This document shows positions 53,248 to 64,000 of a stretch of 64,000 bases of DNA, piece after piece. The translations under genes were made by a program, and so were the position numbers. Origin of the DNA: Octopus bimaculoides. Lineage: Eukaryota. The notes beneath the pieces were generated by a model. It ran no database searches. It had not been told where the DNA came from and worked only from the letters and a program-made list of their open reading frames with translations. The stretch is taken from assembly GCF_001194135.2 (NCBI RefSeq), contig NC_068995.1:20463143-20527142 (forward strand), given 5' to 3'. Within the stretch, counting starts at the first letter, position 1; each line of letters opens with the position of its first letter.

Positions 53248-53919
53248 CATATCTCTCTCTCAAACGTAGCTCAAGTTTTTTATTTCATTTTAGTAGTATT
53301 TTTTAGTTTTATTTGTCCAAAGTTCTTTCATCACACATCTGTGACCACTTCAGCAACTGTCCCATGTGTCTGCTCTTGCCCTGCCCATTCCATTTTGTCC
53401 TGTGTTATTTTCTTTCACATATTTTCATACTTTCAGCTTTACACATAGAACAGAAGAGGTTTTAAGTACCAATATGTTCCCTGTTTTATTCTGGCGTATT
53501 TTTACTTCATCTTGCTCCGGTAGCAATATCTTACCCATCAATGTGTGTATTTATAGTTCTGGTTTTCTTTTGTCATTCTTGGCAATAGCATACTAAAATA
53601 GCCTTTCTTGTCTCATGTTTCTCTCCTTGGATTCTTTTAATGTTTGTCTTCTATAAAGATTTTCATCATTCATTTGTCCCACTCTTTAAAAAGATGTCAG
53701 TCACATGTGCCACACAGATTTCAGAAGAACAGGTTCCACAATAGCAGGATCTCTGAAAATATAAGATTGCAACTGTTTGCAGTTCAGAGCATGTAGCAGT
53801 AAAGGTGACTTTGAAAAATATATAATGCAAACAATGTGTTCTGACAGATGAGTTTATATCCGAAAGGAAACGTGACACAGTGCTGCATCTTCTACAAAAT
53901 TGGTGTGTGTGTGTGTGTG

Positions 53920-54108
53920 TGTGTCCTTGTGCTGACATTACAGCATCATTCATATTTTGTAATCTTTAGTACAATTTTTCAGATTAGGATAAACTATTTC
54001 CTTCTTTGGAAACGAGGGTTGGCAACAGGAAAAGCATCTGTTTAAGTCTGCAAAATAACCCAACCCAACTGACTACACAAGCATGGAGAGGTAGATGTTA
54101 AAACAATT
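53920..54108 (+). mobile_element. SINE A2 3' half
   Basis: ggaaacgagggttggcaacaggaaaagcatc...caagcatggagaggtagatgttaaaa. Confidence 0.65.
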
Positions 54109-54210
54109 ATAAATTTCATTTCATCCTTTTACTATGATAAATGACTATAGGATTTGTTATTTTGTGAGTCGAGAAAATCACTGTGACTGCTTAATTTGGT
54201 ATGCATAATA

Positions 54211-54607
54211 GGTGCAGGCACAGCTATGTGGGAAGAAGCTTACTTCCCAACCACATGGTTCTGGGTTCAGTCCCACTGCGCAGCACCTTGGGCAAGTGTC
54301 TTCTATAGCCCCAGGCCAACCAAAGCCTTGTGAGTGGATTTGGTAGATGGGAACTGAAAGAAGCCTGTTGTGTGTGTGTGTGTGTGTGTGTTTGACCCCA
54401 CCCCCCACCCTCCGCTAGGGTTTGACAATTGATGCTGGTGTGTTTTATGTTCCCGTAACGTAGTGGTTCAGCAAAAGAGACCAGTTGAATAAGTACTAAG
54501 TTTACAAAAATAAGACCTGGGATTGATTTCTTCAACTAAAAACCCTATAAGGTGGTGCTTCAGCATGGCCGCAGTCAAATGACTGAAACAAGTAATGGAA
54601 TAAAATA
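54211..54607 (+). mobile_element. SINE type A1, full length
   Basis: Head GGTGCAGGCACAGCTATGTGG, B-box-like GGTTCAGTCCC, CORE-like CACCTTGGGCAAGTGTCTT, internal (GT)n, tail cagcatggccgcagtcaaatgactgaaacaagtaa. Confidence 0.9.
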
Positions 54608-55625
54608 AGTAACAAACAGCCTTCAAACAAAATCACCCTTCACTGATCTAAAGAGATTTCATATTGGATTGCATTCTTGTACAAAATAGAATTGTGAATC
54701 CTGGCTTGCCTTTGATCATAGTTTTGCTTATTTAGGGTTGCCCTTGAGATTAACAGTATGGTAGCAATAATCCTTAATTGATCGATCCAAGGATGTTGAG
54801 TGGAGTCTTTGGAATATCATTTTCAGCAGGTCTTTAATACAGATACCATTGCCCAACACTGTCTCCTTTAGCTGGTTTAAGCCCTAAACTTCTAAGATAC
54901 TCTAAGCCAGTAAATAGTGAATTCCTTTTCTAGGATTTTATATTATTGGGTACAAACCCCAGATACTTGCTAAATTTAAAACTTTTAATTGCTCAGCTGT
55001 CATTCTTACCTTATTAGAAAAATCTTCACTTAAGCTCCAACTTATTGTATAAATATATTTTGTCTTATAGCAAAGATGTATAATTCTTTGATTATCAACT
55101 TCATCAGGGGTGGGGGTTAAGTTCATCCTAGTTACCCTTACCTTAGTGGAATCAATCTTGTATTTTTGAATTTACAATGTAGCTGGATGCTATAAGGCAA
55201 TCAAGTGCAAAGTGAATATGTCCGACTACAACTGCTGATACTTGCTTCATTCTGTATTTTAGAAGCTCACTTGATCCTGTTGGAGTCATTTGTCGAGTTG
55301 GACTAGTTCAAATTTCACCTGTTGGTCTCCTGTCTATATTTTAGAAACCTATTTAATTCTATCAGAATTATGTACCAGCTCTGAGTATGTTTCCTTCAGT
55401 AAACAGGTGGCATATGCTGATGAAGTTTCTATCCCTTGTATATTCACTATGGGGCTCGAGTTTATCATTTGATTTGCTCTCTTTTTACTAGTTCTGTGTT
55501 CAATGCAACTGTACCCTATAAAGCACTCAGCTTATTTTTTTCTGCCTGATACAAGGCTAGTTTTTTTGTAGGTTAGGATAATTAGTCAAATAGCTCCAAC
55601 ATGATGTATCAGGTATTATGGTTGA

Positions 55626-55803
55626 TTATCAACATTTAACATCTGTTTTCTATGCTGGCATGAGTCAGATGGCTTGACAGGAACTAGCAAAGCCAGGGGC
55701 CACACCAAGCTCCATAGTCTGTTTTAGTTTGTTTTCTACAGCCTGATGCTCTTCCTAATACCAACCACTCCACAGTACACTGGGTGCTTTCTACATGGCA
55801 CCA
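55626..55803 (-). mobile_element. Repeat type D
   Basis: tttaacatctgttttctatgctggcatg...cttcctaataccaaccactcc...gggtgctttctacatggca. Confidence 0.75.
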
Positions 55804-56715
55804 TTTCCCAAGATATGAATTAGTTGAGACTAAGCACTGATTCATTTCTGTAGCTAACTGTACGATGACGCTATGTGAATATTGTTTATTGTCATTTAAT
55901 TATCTCTAAACTAATTGGCTAAGGCTTTGTAGATATTTCTTCTAATTTCTTGGATTTCATTTAGAATATTTTTTGCAAAGTTAGATATTAATTCCTTCTA
56001 GACTGTTGAATGGCTATAATGGAGTGCGTGCACCTAATCTTAATGAATTCACCCTTGTTTTGCTTTCCTTTATGAAATGAAATTAATTTGATAAAGGGCT
56101 TGTCTAGACTGAACAAAGTGGTTGAGTGAAAAGGAAAATCTGTTATGAAATATGACTTCATTGAATTATAATTAAGCTGAAATATTTCCGCTTTTGAGAA
56201 TGGTGTGCTATTATATTCCTTCATTCTATGAGGAACCTATGGTGAGAATCTTTAGGCTTTGCATGTGTGTTTCATGCTGAGGGAAGAGCATGTGGGAGGC
56301 CTTTCTTTCAATGGCTGTGTGTGTGTGTGTTACTCGTTAGTTTGTTTTTGTGTTAATTATCCTTGCTGCTACTACATCAGTGAACTGAAACTGCTTTTGA
56401 TGTTTGTTTCTTTTAGTATCTGATGTTTTTCGAATTAGCTGCTTCTGCTTTCTCCTTCACCAGTTCTTCTTACATAGTCTTCTTCTTGAAGAAATCAAGT
56501 TCTTTAAGCATTCTTTATTTTATTATTTCTATAACTAGGGAAAAGCAAACAGAATTTCATGGCATTAATTTATAGTAGTGAGGATGTACAAAACAGTATT
56601 GCCTTTTGCTGTATTAGTCTAGGGGTCTATTTAGATCCCAATGAAGTGAATGTTGCTCTACATTCTTCTGGATCAAGTAAAATAAGATTCACATACTGCA
56701 GCTGTTATTATTATT

Positions 56716-57540
56716 GTTAAAATGCTGTACAAAATGCTTAATATTTTGCCTGTCACTATGTTCTGAGTTCAAATTCCACCGAGGTTGACTTTGCCTTTCA
56801 CCTTCTCAGGGTCCATAAATTAAGTACCAGTGAAACACTGGGGACTGATGTAATCAACAATCCCCCTCCCATCAAATTTCAGGCTTTGTGCCTATAGTAG
56901 AAAGGATTATTATGGCAAGCTGGCAGAATCAGTGCATCAGAAAAATGTGTAGCAGCATATTTTCTCTCTTTATATTTGCAGTTCATATCTCACCAAGGTC
57001 AACTTTCCTTTATTGTTCCTGAAAGGATGAAAAACAAAGTACTAGTCAAGTACTGGAGTTGATGTTATTGACTACACCACCACCACTAAAATTAATGACT
57101 TCGTGACTAAATCTGAAGCCATTATTGTTATCTTTAGTGGATTGGAAGAATAGCTAGTCAGACAAAATGCTTTGTATATTCTAGCTCATGAGTTTATATT
57201 CCTCCGGGGCCGATAAAAGAGTATTAATCAGCTACTGGTGATCGATGGTTTCAACTAACCCCCTCCTCAAGATACTTGGCCTTGTGCTTAAATTGGGAAC
57301 ATTATTAAGCATAGTGTCTCTGCAGAATAATAGTTGTGGTATTCTGGCTTTTACATTCAGAATTCAATTCCTGCTATGGTCAGGTTTTGTGTTTCAGAAA
57401 CCATTATTGAGAGCAGTGAATTAGCAGAATTGTTAGAGCATCCAACAAAAATGCCTTGCTGTATATGTTCCAGAGATTGCATTGAACTGAGCTCATATTT
57501 TGTCCTTCATCCCTCTAGGTTTGAGTGGATTCAATCAACT
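56716..57540 (+). mobile_element. Head-to-tail array of ~5 degenerate type-B SINE units
   Basis: Shared segments (gcagaat..., ttctgagttcaaattcc, tttcatcc...gataaa.taagtac, ctgggg...gatgtaat). The first four units end in GAA-N(1-3)-ATTATT. Confidence 0.7.
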
Positions 57541-58380
57541 ATTTCCTTATTTCTGATCTTGTCGTTTAGAAATTGTTATTGGGTCTGTATTTTCTTGTGC
57601 TGTGTTCCTTGGCAATAATATTTCTTAGACTTTCAATTCTATTTTATCAAGCATAGTAAAAAAAAAAAAGAAAAAAAAAAAAACACAATTTAGTTAGAAT
57701 ATGAATGACTACATTGTGAGTAAAGTGTCAATGGTTTTTTTGTTTCTACTTTCTGCCTTCTTATTCTTCCTTGTTGCTAAGGCAATTTTACCAACTATTT
57801 TAGGCAGTGGGCTAGTAGAGTTAACTGCCAATCAATCTTCTCACCCCCACCCCCCTTACTCTTCATTTGGAATGAAGGCAGTTAATGACAACTTATCAAT
57901 TAAGCTAAATTGCTTTTATATGAAACCAGTTGAATTCAAACACAAACGTGTGTGTGTGTGTGTTATGCATTACTCAGTGATTGCCACCTCCTCCAGCAAC
58001 ATAGGGAGTAGGACTGAAATCCTTAGATCTGCTACTTAGCAGTAAGGCTTTCCTCTCACTTCAGATTTCTCTCCTCCCTGTCCCCCTTTCATCTCTCCAT
58101 ACCTCACTCCCCACCTTCATAACAAGCTACTAGGAAAGGGCAGGTGGCACTTGTAGGAGGTCGAGTGGGAGGGATGCTCCTGATTTTCTTTTTATCATCC
58201 TCATCCCACTTTCCTTGCTTCATTCATTCAGTCATAAATCCATTCATTTTCTTGCTGTCTCAGAAGTCTATTGTCTGCCATTACAGCCACTGGTTCCCTT
58301 GTCTTTTTATTTTTTTTATATTTATATTCCCAAACTCTAAACTGACTTCCATATTTTTCTGAAGTTAGTAATGTTAGAAA

Positions 58381-58587
58381 TACTGGTTTCAGATTTTGGC
58401 ACAAGGCCAGCAATTTCAGGATTAGGGGTAATTTGATTACATCGACCCCAGTACTCAACTGGTACTTTCTGAACCCTTATGGATGAAAGGCAGTTGACCT
58501 CAACTACATTTGAACTAAAAACATAAAACTGGACAAAATACCTCTCAGAATTCTGCCCCTTCTACTAAGTTCTGCCCACTCACTGCC
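58381..58587 (-). mobile_element. SINE type B
   Basis: actggtttcagattttggcacaaggccagc...acatcgaccccagtactcaactggtac...ggatgaaaggc; reverse complement of the array units. Confidence 0.8.
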
Positions 58588-59533
58588 TTATAGTAATGTT
58601 AGGAATAAGTGTATGGTAACTGCTATCAGAAGTATGTATACATTTATTATAACCAAATGAATACAATGCTGTTTAACGTTTAGGCTGAAGTTATAATCTT
58701 CGTGAAATGATATGAGAAAGTCAAAGAATATTAAACAGTGGAGTGGAATTATCACCCAGGATTAGTAGTTTTTAAATATTTAAATTTCAGTTTTCAAGAA
58801 ATTTACAAAACATTTCAGTGGAAGTTGCTGTCATTTTAATTCCAAGTTTTCTTTGATTGAACACAGTTGTCAAATAGGTTCCTCATATGACCATCTTTTC
58901 TGCTTGCTAGATTTTTTTTTTTATATAGTGTATCTGGAACTATGAAATAGATCCATCTGTTTTAAAAGGGTATAACTAGTGATATTTGGAATAATTATTG
59001 GATTGACATGTCCGTGCTTATAAGAAATATCTTAGATGTCACTTAAGTGACTCGTATGGCACAATATGTCTGGTCTGATCACTGATCCACACATACTCAG
59101 CCATTCCATGTTCTAACAAATCTGTGAAAATAATAAAAGCCATGGCAGTTAAGGGAGTAGCTGCTTGAGCATTTGACATGTTTTTTTGCTTTTTTTCCTA
59201 TATTCTTACATGGTGTAGAGATTGCAAGCTTTGAAGTTTTTGCAATATAGCTTCAAACATCTGTAAAACATAGCTTAATGTCCAGTGTGATCCCTTTGTG
59301 TCATTTATTTTACACTACACCCTTCACTTCCATTTGGCAGTCTTATCCCTGTCATCTTTGATAAGAGTAATACACTGTACTGTACTTAGTGTCTTTGTAA
59401 AAGTTAAATCCAGCAGCATGAGTTTTTGTTAAGCGAGTATTGACATCATGGAGCCTGGTTTTGATCTGGAATATTATTTTTTTATATATTATAAAAATTG
59501 TCAAAATTTTGCACGACACACATTCACACACGC

Positions 59534-59707
59534 AATCCTTTCTACTACAGGCAGACAGCCTAAAATTTTGTGGGTGTAGGGCTTGTCAATGACATCAATC
59601 CCAGTTCTCAACAGCTACCAACCCTGAAAGGATGAAAGGAAATTGACTGGGGCAGATTTTGAACTCAGAATGTAACACAGGACGAAATGCTAACAATTCT
59701 GTCAGCT
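59534..59707 (-). mobile_element. SINE type B
   Basis: aatcctttctactacaggc (reverse complement of the unit-1 tail), gaaaggatgaaagg, tttgaactcagaatg. Confidence 0.75.
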
Positions 59708-60224
59708 TATGTTTTTCAAAATGTTGCTCTCTGTTGTATTTGTTTACGTATGTTTATGCATGCTGTTGTGAATGGGGTTTTTTTTTGTTGTATATTTGTC
59801 CATTAAGTCTTTCTTTCTATACTCCTTCTTGTTTTATATCTGGATATTTTTAACAGTAATGGAACTGGCAAACCTATGCTTTACTCTAGGGGTACTACTG
59901 TAGTTATGACGTATGAGAACATGCAATTAGTTGCTCCCTTTTATATCTGTATTACCATGTGTGTGGCAATAACATGCCAATACTTAAATCTCATTCGCCA
60001 TTACTAAATTGTTATTTTTCTGTGCTACACACCTAGATTTTTTTTTCCATTAGAAAACAGCTGATCTCAATCAGAATGCATCTCATCAGTAAAGCCTCTA
60101 GTGAATTAAAAGCCACAACTTATCAGTTCATCCTGGAAAGAAATTTCAAATCCATTATACCTCTGTTCTTGGAGAAAGACATTAACAGCACAGCTTACTC
60201 TTTTCCAGTAGCATTATTTTTCAG

Positions 60225-60397
60225 CATCATCATCATCATCAGTGTCTGTTTTCTATGCTGGTATGGTTTGGATGGTTTCACTGGAACTGGTAAGCCAGAG
60301 AGCTGTACCAGGCTCCAGCCTGATTTTGGCCTGGTTTTTACGGCTGGATGCCCTTAATACCAACCGCTCCAAGAGTGTAGTGGGTGCCTTTTACGTG
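60225..60397 (-). mobile_element. Repeat type D with (CAT)n tail
   Basis: catcatcatcatc...ttttctatgctggtatgg...ggctggatgccctt...gtagtgggtgccttttacgtg. Confidence 0.8.
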
Positions 60398-60777
60398 TGT
60401 TTGAAAAATATTAGATTTGGATTATTATGTATTACTAGTTTCAGACATGAACATAATACTGGTTTCAGACATGAGACAGTAACCATGCAACACTTTCAAG
60501 GGACATAATTCAAAATGGAATGAAATACTGCTAAACGTTTTACTTTACAGCAGCTATTATAAACACCATCAGCATTTATCATCCCCACCTTGCTGGGGAA
60601 GGAATTATTAGGAAATTTTCCCTTGATTTATTTTGTCTAACCTGTTGTGGCATTAGAATGGTTGTGAAGTTCAGTGTGCTGATCAGGTTCATGTTGACTG
60701 AAGCAAGTTTTGTTGCTAATATTACTAGCCATGATGAAGTAAATCTAAGGTCAGAGGCTTCTGTTAGTCATCTTTTC

Positions 60778-60969
60778 TTCTTTAGCATTTAAACCTGTGA
60801 TACCTGGTCCAAATATTCTACTTGTTTTATGTTCAAACTGGCCAGATCTGGCTTCTCACATCTACCCTACATTGTCATTCTAAAAATAAGCATCACTTAG
60901 TTTTAGAACTGCAATATAATGTATGATAATAAGCATTACATGTGATAAAAGAACCTGAATGCTAAAGGG
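60778..60969 (+). mobile_element. MITE copy, piggyBac-like (5' TIR eroded)
   Basis: tttagcatttaaacc...aatgctaaaggg followed by TTAA (60970-60973). Confidence 0.8.
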
Positions 60970-61800
60970 TTAAATAGGGATCCCAGAATCCTATTTTTTA
61001 AGATTATAGGTTATGATTTGAGAAATTTGGCTGGTATTTCTAGCAGATCATGTTACCATGGAATGGCTTCTTCTTTGGCTCACATCTGTAATGATTTGTA
61101 CTTATATTTACCTGAATATGAAGATTCCTGTAATTCATGCTTTCTTCTATTTAGTTGTTCAGATAAATTAATCCCTGGAAATGATAGTATTACAAGTATT
61201 CTTCTCACTTTCTCTCTCTTGAAAGGCTAAAATGAACTGCACTACCAAACTAATAACCCACTCCTAGTATCCTAGTGACAAGATATAAACAATCCCATCG
61301 GCTTTGAATACTTCCTTGACAAAGGAAAACCTGATTAAATTATGCTGGTATGGCAACTGCTAGCACTCCTAGTCCAAAGTTGAGCAATTAGAGCAAGTGT
61401 GAAGCATCCAGTTGTAAAATTAAAAATAAGCAAAGTCTAAAACTGGTAAAAAAAACAAAGCAAAAAAAAAAAAAAGCACTTTCCTACACAAATGAATGAC
61501 TATCACCATCCAACAAGTTACTAGAGTGTTACTAATGCCCTTTTTGATTACTTATCTCTCTGCTTATCTGTTGTACTTGGTGACCAAGACTAAAGTGTGT
61601 GGGAGACCTCCCTTTGACATTCTCACATTTGTACCTGGCATTTCTGCTTGACTTCACTAATTATTTAAATATTTAGTTTATATACTCATGGTTTTAGTCA
61701 TGCCTTTGTTCTTTGTCTTCAATTGTTTTAGTGAGGAAGTAAGATTCAATTTTTTCTCTTAATAGAATGTGCATATTTTGTTGTTGGATTTTTGAAATTA

Positions 61801-62079
61801 NNNNNNNNNNNNNNNNNNNNNNNNNNNNNNNNNNNNNNNNNNNNNNNNNNNNNNNNNNNNNNNNNNNNNNNNNNNNNNNNNNNNNNNNNNNNNNNNNNNN
61901 NNNNNNNNNNNNNNNNNNNNNNNNNNNNNNNNNNNNNNNNNNNNNNNNNNNNNNNNNNNNNNNNNNNNNNNNNNNNNNNNNNNNNNNNNNNNNNNNNNNN
62001 NNNNNNNNNNNNNNNNNNNNNNNNNNNNNNNNNNNNNNNNNNNNNNNNNNNNNNNNNNNNNNNNNNNNNNNNNNNNNNN
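61801..62079. other. Assembly gap adjoining (TA)n
   Basis: Run of N followed by (TA)n 62080-62126. Confidence 0.99.
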
Positions 62080-62128
<49 letters not shown>

Positions 62129-63282
62129 TTAAAACATTATGTAATATATCTACTGCAGTGTCAGATCTGACAGCAAAATTAATTTAGCACTTATATTAAT
62201 GTTCATTTTCTTTTCAAATAAAATGAAATAGATGATCTATTTGTATCCCACCAACTGCTATGGCTAAAGCATTTGTACCTGATGGTCTTGTGCAGAAATG
62301 TGTAAGGATAATGTGTTTGTACATTTGTTAGATGTACAGCCTATTAATGAGACTAGCTGCTTGCTGGTTACTTAGAAAAGGCCATTAGCACATTCAAATA
62401 TACCAGTTCTGACACTTATATGGTTGGTGTATGTTATGAATATCTACTGCATAATAGGCATATATCTTTTAATCCTTAATATGTAACTTTGTTTGCTCTA
62501 AAAATGACTTATCTTTTTATCTGGAGTCCTATGCAGTAAACATCAAGGTGTAACTACCAAACTAATGCAATTACTATTTTGAACAAGCTTTTGTTTACAG
62601 TTAATTTCACTTTATGAAAAGGGTCATTCATAGTGAAGCAGTTCTTTTTGGTTTCATATTAAATTACCGTCTGTTTAACAATTGTTAATGGCTAGCTACA
62701 TCTAGTTTTAATGTGGTCACTGCTAAATAGTTACCACATTAGGATTGGGGTTTTTTATGGTAAATTTAAACTTCATTTTATTGAAACTTTTCTCTACCCT
62801 CAGCTGTCATGCCAGTTCTAATCATAATCAGCAGCTGGTGACATTCACAAAGAAACTAGTCTTTTTTTAAAACTTTTTGTCTATAGACCTTAAATGACTC
62901 ATCACCTGTCTAACCTTGTGACATAAAGTAAACACTAGCCAGTGTTTGGTAGTTTTCTTAACATTTATGAACTCACACATGTGCGTGCGCACACAAATAA
63001 CACCAGATGCTTGCATTGTGTTAAATGCATAGCTCATTAATTTTTTGTGTGAATGTGTTCACATGTGCATGTGAAAAGAGTAATACAGAAAGAAGCGAGC
63101 TTAGTATTTGGCAGGTACAGACACAGCACTGAATATCTGAGCTTCTGGTAGTACATCCAATGCTGTTGAGGCTTTACAACGTACATACATCAGGACTATG
63201 AAACTGCTTCTTTCACACAATCTGTTCCATCTGCTCAAACACATAAATTTAGGGAAAGTACCTGCATTTGATACTGAATTGA

Positions 63283-63471
63283 CCCTTTAGCATTTCAACC
63301 AGCCATATCCGGCTAAAATATTTTAGGTTCAAATTGGCCACATCCAGCCTCACAACTACCCTAGAATGTCATTCTAAAAATAAATCACATTATCAATCTC
63401 AAAGCTATGAGATAAATTCAAAGCAATGTAAGTAAATAAGGATTACATTAGACAATCCAAATGCTAAAGGG
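63283..63471 (+). mobile_element. MITE copy, piggyBac-like
   Basis: ttga-CCCTTTAGCATTT...AAATGCTAAAGGG-ttac (TSDs each one change from TTAA). Confidence 0.85.
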
Positions 63472-64000
63472 TTACGGAAGGGTCCAGAAAATCTTCCCAG
63501 CAGCACATTTCAGATAGGTTAACATATATTGCTTAGAGTAGATTCTAGAATATGGAAGTAAGTTTTGTACTGTGCAATATTCAATTTTCTCCCTTCCATT
63601 TCAAGGATCAGCTGAAGCAGATGTAAAATTGTTGTGCCCTTGGATTATAACCACTGCCAAGTTTTGGTCTTTTTGTTGATATGTATCTCACAGCAAGCAC
63701 ATACTTTGGAAGAAGGTTTAATGAGAATATGAATGAAGTGACAAATGCAGTGTTGGTCTGTGGGAAAGTATATTCTTAATGGGATGTTAGAATCTAGTTT
63801 GTTGATATTGTATGGATAAGTGGTGAAACCTTGCCATGCATACAAGCCTATTACAAAAATTTGTTTTTGTAAACTAATCTCCAAATACTTGTTGTCAAAT
63901 AACATATTTTATATCATAGTTTGTGAAGTGTAACATCATTAGTTTCAAGTTTCCAATAGGCCAGTCACTGTTTTATTGTATTTCTAAGGCAGAATGACAA

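Noticed and set aside
57334-58039. Hydrophobic ORFs resembling signal peptides or TM segments (57334-57618, 57701-58039)
   Set aside because: The first overlaps decayed SINE-B units, and both are T-rich intronic sequence that yields F/L/V-rich frames by composition.
61411-61424. GT TGT AAA ATT AAA (G-C-K-I-K), resembling the start of MEX3 exon 2
   Set aside because: Preceded by CCA rather than AG, no pyrimidine tract, and it continues NKQSLKLV instead of ALRAKTNTY; a chance match.

Overview
AT-rich, microsatellite-laden eukaryotic genomic DNA with nine N gaps, almost all flanked by simple repeats. The SINE and MITE families present point to an octopus (inference from recalled repeat consensus sequences). 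The only supportable protein-coding sequence is the first coding exon of a MEX3-family KH/RING RNA-binding protein gene (+ strand, ATG 8222 to donor at 8489/8490). It ends inside the KH1 GxxG loop (GRQG|), and the exon that should begin CKIKALRAK is not in the window, so the intron runs more than 55.5 kb. Upstream are a CpG-rich promoter-like patch (~5860-6060: E-box, CRE, CCAAT, Inr-like) and a strong 5'-UTR splice acceptor at 7986. The intron holds many decayed tRNA-derived SINEs of several modular types, six copies of a TTAA/CCC...GGG MITE, and two probable RTE-like LINE remnants. Best leads: (1) a SINE-derived branchpoint-pyrimidine tract-CAG|GTAAGG motif at 32103-32132 that looks like a recursive splice (ratchet) point; (2) a ~5 kb CpG-retaining, nearly SINE-free island at ~26.2-31.3 kb inside a CpG-depleted gene body; (3) a duplication at 45943-46007 whose junction appears copied from a site 957 bp away; (4) a head-to-tail array of five SINE units at 56.7-57.5 kb. 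All other ORFs in the track look like microsatellite, gap or repeat artefacts. I see no evidence for a prokaryote-style novel system. Repeat family labels A1, A2, B, D and E are my own working names, and repeat boundaries are approximate.
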